NCBI GenBank assembly: GCA_037440825.1
Contig: JBBITJ010000007.1
Coordinates: forward strand, 13,780 to 39,118
From: Candidatus Micrarchaeota archaeon
GTDB taxonomy: Archaea > Micrarchaeota > Micrarchaeia > Anstonellales > Bilamarchaeaceae
Length of the DNA stretch: 25,339 nucleotides
Direction: 5' to 3'
Shown: piece after piece, positions 24,295 to 25,339 of the stretch
How the letters are laid out: every line of letters starts with the position of its first letter
How positions within the stretch are numbered: the stretch's first letter is position 1
Position numbers and translations under genes: made by a program
The notes under the pieces: model-generated
Databases searched by the model: none
What the model saw: the letters and a program-made list of their open reading frames with translations, nothing else
What the model was told of the DNA's origin: nothing

Positions 24295-24813
24295 ATGGAA
24301 GAAGCGAAGGGAAGGAAACGGCATCTCGCCCCGCTCGTGCGGCTGTTCTGGGCAGCCAAAGGCGCGGCAATGATCCTGTTCCTCGCAGCGTTCATGAGCT
24401 TCCTCCTTTCCTCGACTAAGGGAGACATATTCTGGATAAGGAATGCCGACATACCTGCTTACATATGGGGCGCGGCCGCGGTTGCGCTTGCCGCATACCT
24501 TTTCTACATAGAGCTGAAGTACCGCAATTATTTCTACATCCTCGGCGAAGAGGAGATCGTGATACGCTCAGGGGTTTTCAACAGCGAGCGCGTGCTCATC
24601 CCGTACATAAGGATACAGAACATGAATGCGATACGGGAAGTGCACCAGCGCATCCTCGGCACTGCCACGATAAAGATAGAGACCGCGGGCGGGAATCCGG
24701 GGGAAGCCGAAGGGTACCTTCCCGCTGTGAACGACCACGAGAAGCTCATGGCAGAAATCTCGGAGAGGATGGAGGCGGCCAGGAAGAAGGCCGGGCCGAG
24801 GGGAAGGTTTTAG
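24295..24813 (+). CDS. YdbS-like membrane protein with bacterial PH (bPH_2) domain
   Basis: Two TM helices followed by the pattern IRSGVF...IPYIRIQN...QRILGTATIKIETAG. Confidence 0.85.
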   Translation: MEEAKGRKRHLAPLVRLFWAAKGAAMILFLAAFMSFLLSSTKGDIFWIRNADIPAYIWGAAAVALAAYLFYIELKYRNYFYILGEEEIVIRSGVFNSERVLIPYIRIQNMNAIREVHQRILGTATIKIETAGGNPGEAEGYLPAVNDHEKLMAEISERMEAARKKAGPRGRF

Positions 24814-25097
24814 GAAAGGCGGATTGCCACTGCTCCTTGAGGACGTTCAGCTTTCCTGCAGTTCGCGGTCGCGGCGCCTTCCTTGACCAAATCCACAAAA
24901 ATCGTATTGTACGCCTCGTCCGACGCGAGGCAGGTTGTCTTGTTGATCAGCTTGAATATCACGTTGTCCTTTTCCTTCCTGTATGCGAATGCATACTCGA
25001 ACAAGTCCGGATGACCTTCCGCCATGTAATCGGCATAATCATTGACTACGAAGTATATCGTTTCTCCAGTGCGGCAAGGGTGTCCTTTTGGGATTTG
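24810..25097 (-). pseudogene. Probable 5'-truncated gene fragment immediately downstream of tRNA-Trp
   Basis: The frame stays open upstream of ATG 25025 up to a TAA next to the tRNA 3' end (QIPKGHPCRTGETIYFVVNDYADYMAEGHPDLFEY...). Codon usage is coding-like and no SD is visible. Confidence 0.4.
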
Positions 25098-25101
25098 TTA
25101 G

Positions 25102-25195
25102 TGGGGTCATAGAGATTTGAACTCTAACATGCTGGTTGCTTGCTCCCTTTCGGGGACCTGGAGCCAGCCGCGCTGCCTGGTTACGCCATAACCCC
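25102..25195 (-). tRNA. tRNA-Trp(CCA) with a 21-nt intron (25157-25137) in the anticodon loop
   Basis: GGGGTTA TG GCGT AACCAGGCA GCGC G GCTGG CTCCAG [GTCCCCGAAAGGGAGCAAGCA] A CCAGC ATGT TAGAG TTCAAAT CTCTA TGACCCC A. All four stems pair. The CCA end is not encoded. Confidence 0.93.
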
Positions 25196-25214
25196 ATAGA
25201 TAACTGCCTTTTAC

Positions 25215-25307
25215 TTACAGTACAGTTGCATTCCTCCTACCGTCTATTCGAGTTCTGCAACTAGGGCTGACGTAGTACTTTGCCGTCAAATACATATCCA
25301 ATCCCAT
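25215..25307 (-). pseudogene. Short ORF beginning MGLDMYL, possible remnant of a virus-type gene
   Basis: AGGTGA SD at 25318-25313, then MGLDMYLTAKYYVSPSCRTRIDGRRNATVL* (30 aa), in a visibly more AT-rich stretch. Confidence 0.4.
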
Positions 25308-25339
25308 AATGCTCACCTTTCTTTTGTTCTTCCAAACAG

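Noticed and set aside
1..25339. CRISPR array, rRNA, transposase or intein
   Set aside because: No regularly spaced repeats, rRNA-like sequence or transposase motifs were seen, and PolB and the other enzymes have normal lengths.

Overview
Archaeal chromosomal segment. A DPANN lineage, probably Micrarchaeota-like, is inferred from gene content, GGTGA Shine-Dalgarno sites and an intron-containing tRNA. Recognisable housekeeping genes are rad50 (5'-truncated), polB, an FtsZ2-like ftsZ, an ATP-dependent DNA ligase, enolase, AMP phosphorylase, ribose-1,5-bisphosphate isomerase, an APC amino-acid permease, a RecJ-like DHH protein, a vapBC pair and tRNA-Trp(CCA) with a 21-nt intron. The best candidate for an undescribed system is a tightly coupled five-gene operon at 5043-11179. 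It encodes a 2-TM protein, a VirB4/CedB-like P-loop ATPase, a Zn-finger-like 2-TM protein, a coiled-coil/winged-helix protein, and an 844-aa membrane protein with a sequon-rich extracellular region and a cytoplasmic wHTH-like tail. It looks like a resident membrane translocation or cell-contact machine, and no relaxase or integrase is visible in the window. Other observations are a probable pseudokinase, a VapC missing catalytic Asp residues, small ORFs missed by the ORF track, a dispersed 7-bp repeat family inside coding regions, hairpin clusters (one covering the permease start), and a possible insertion junction at the tRNA. All family assignments are by-eye motif recognition; no searches were run.
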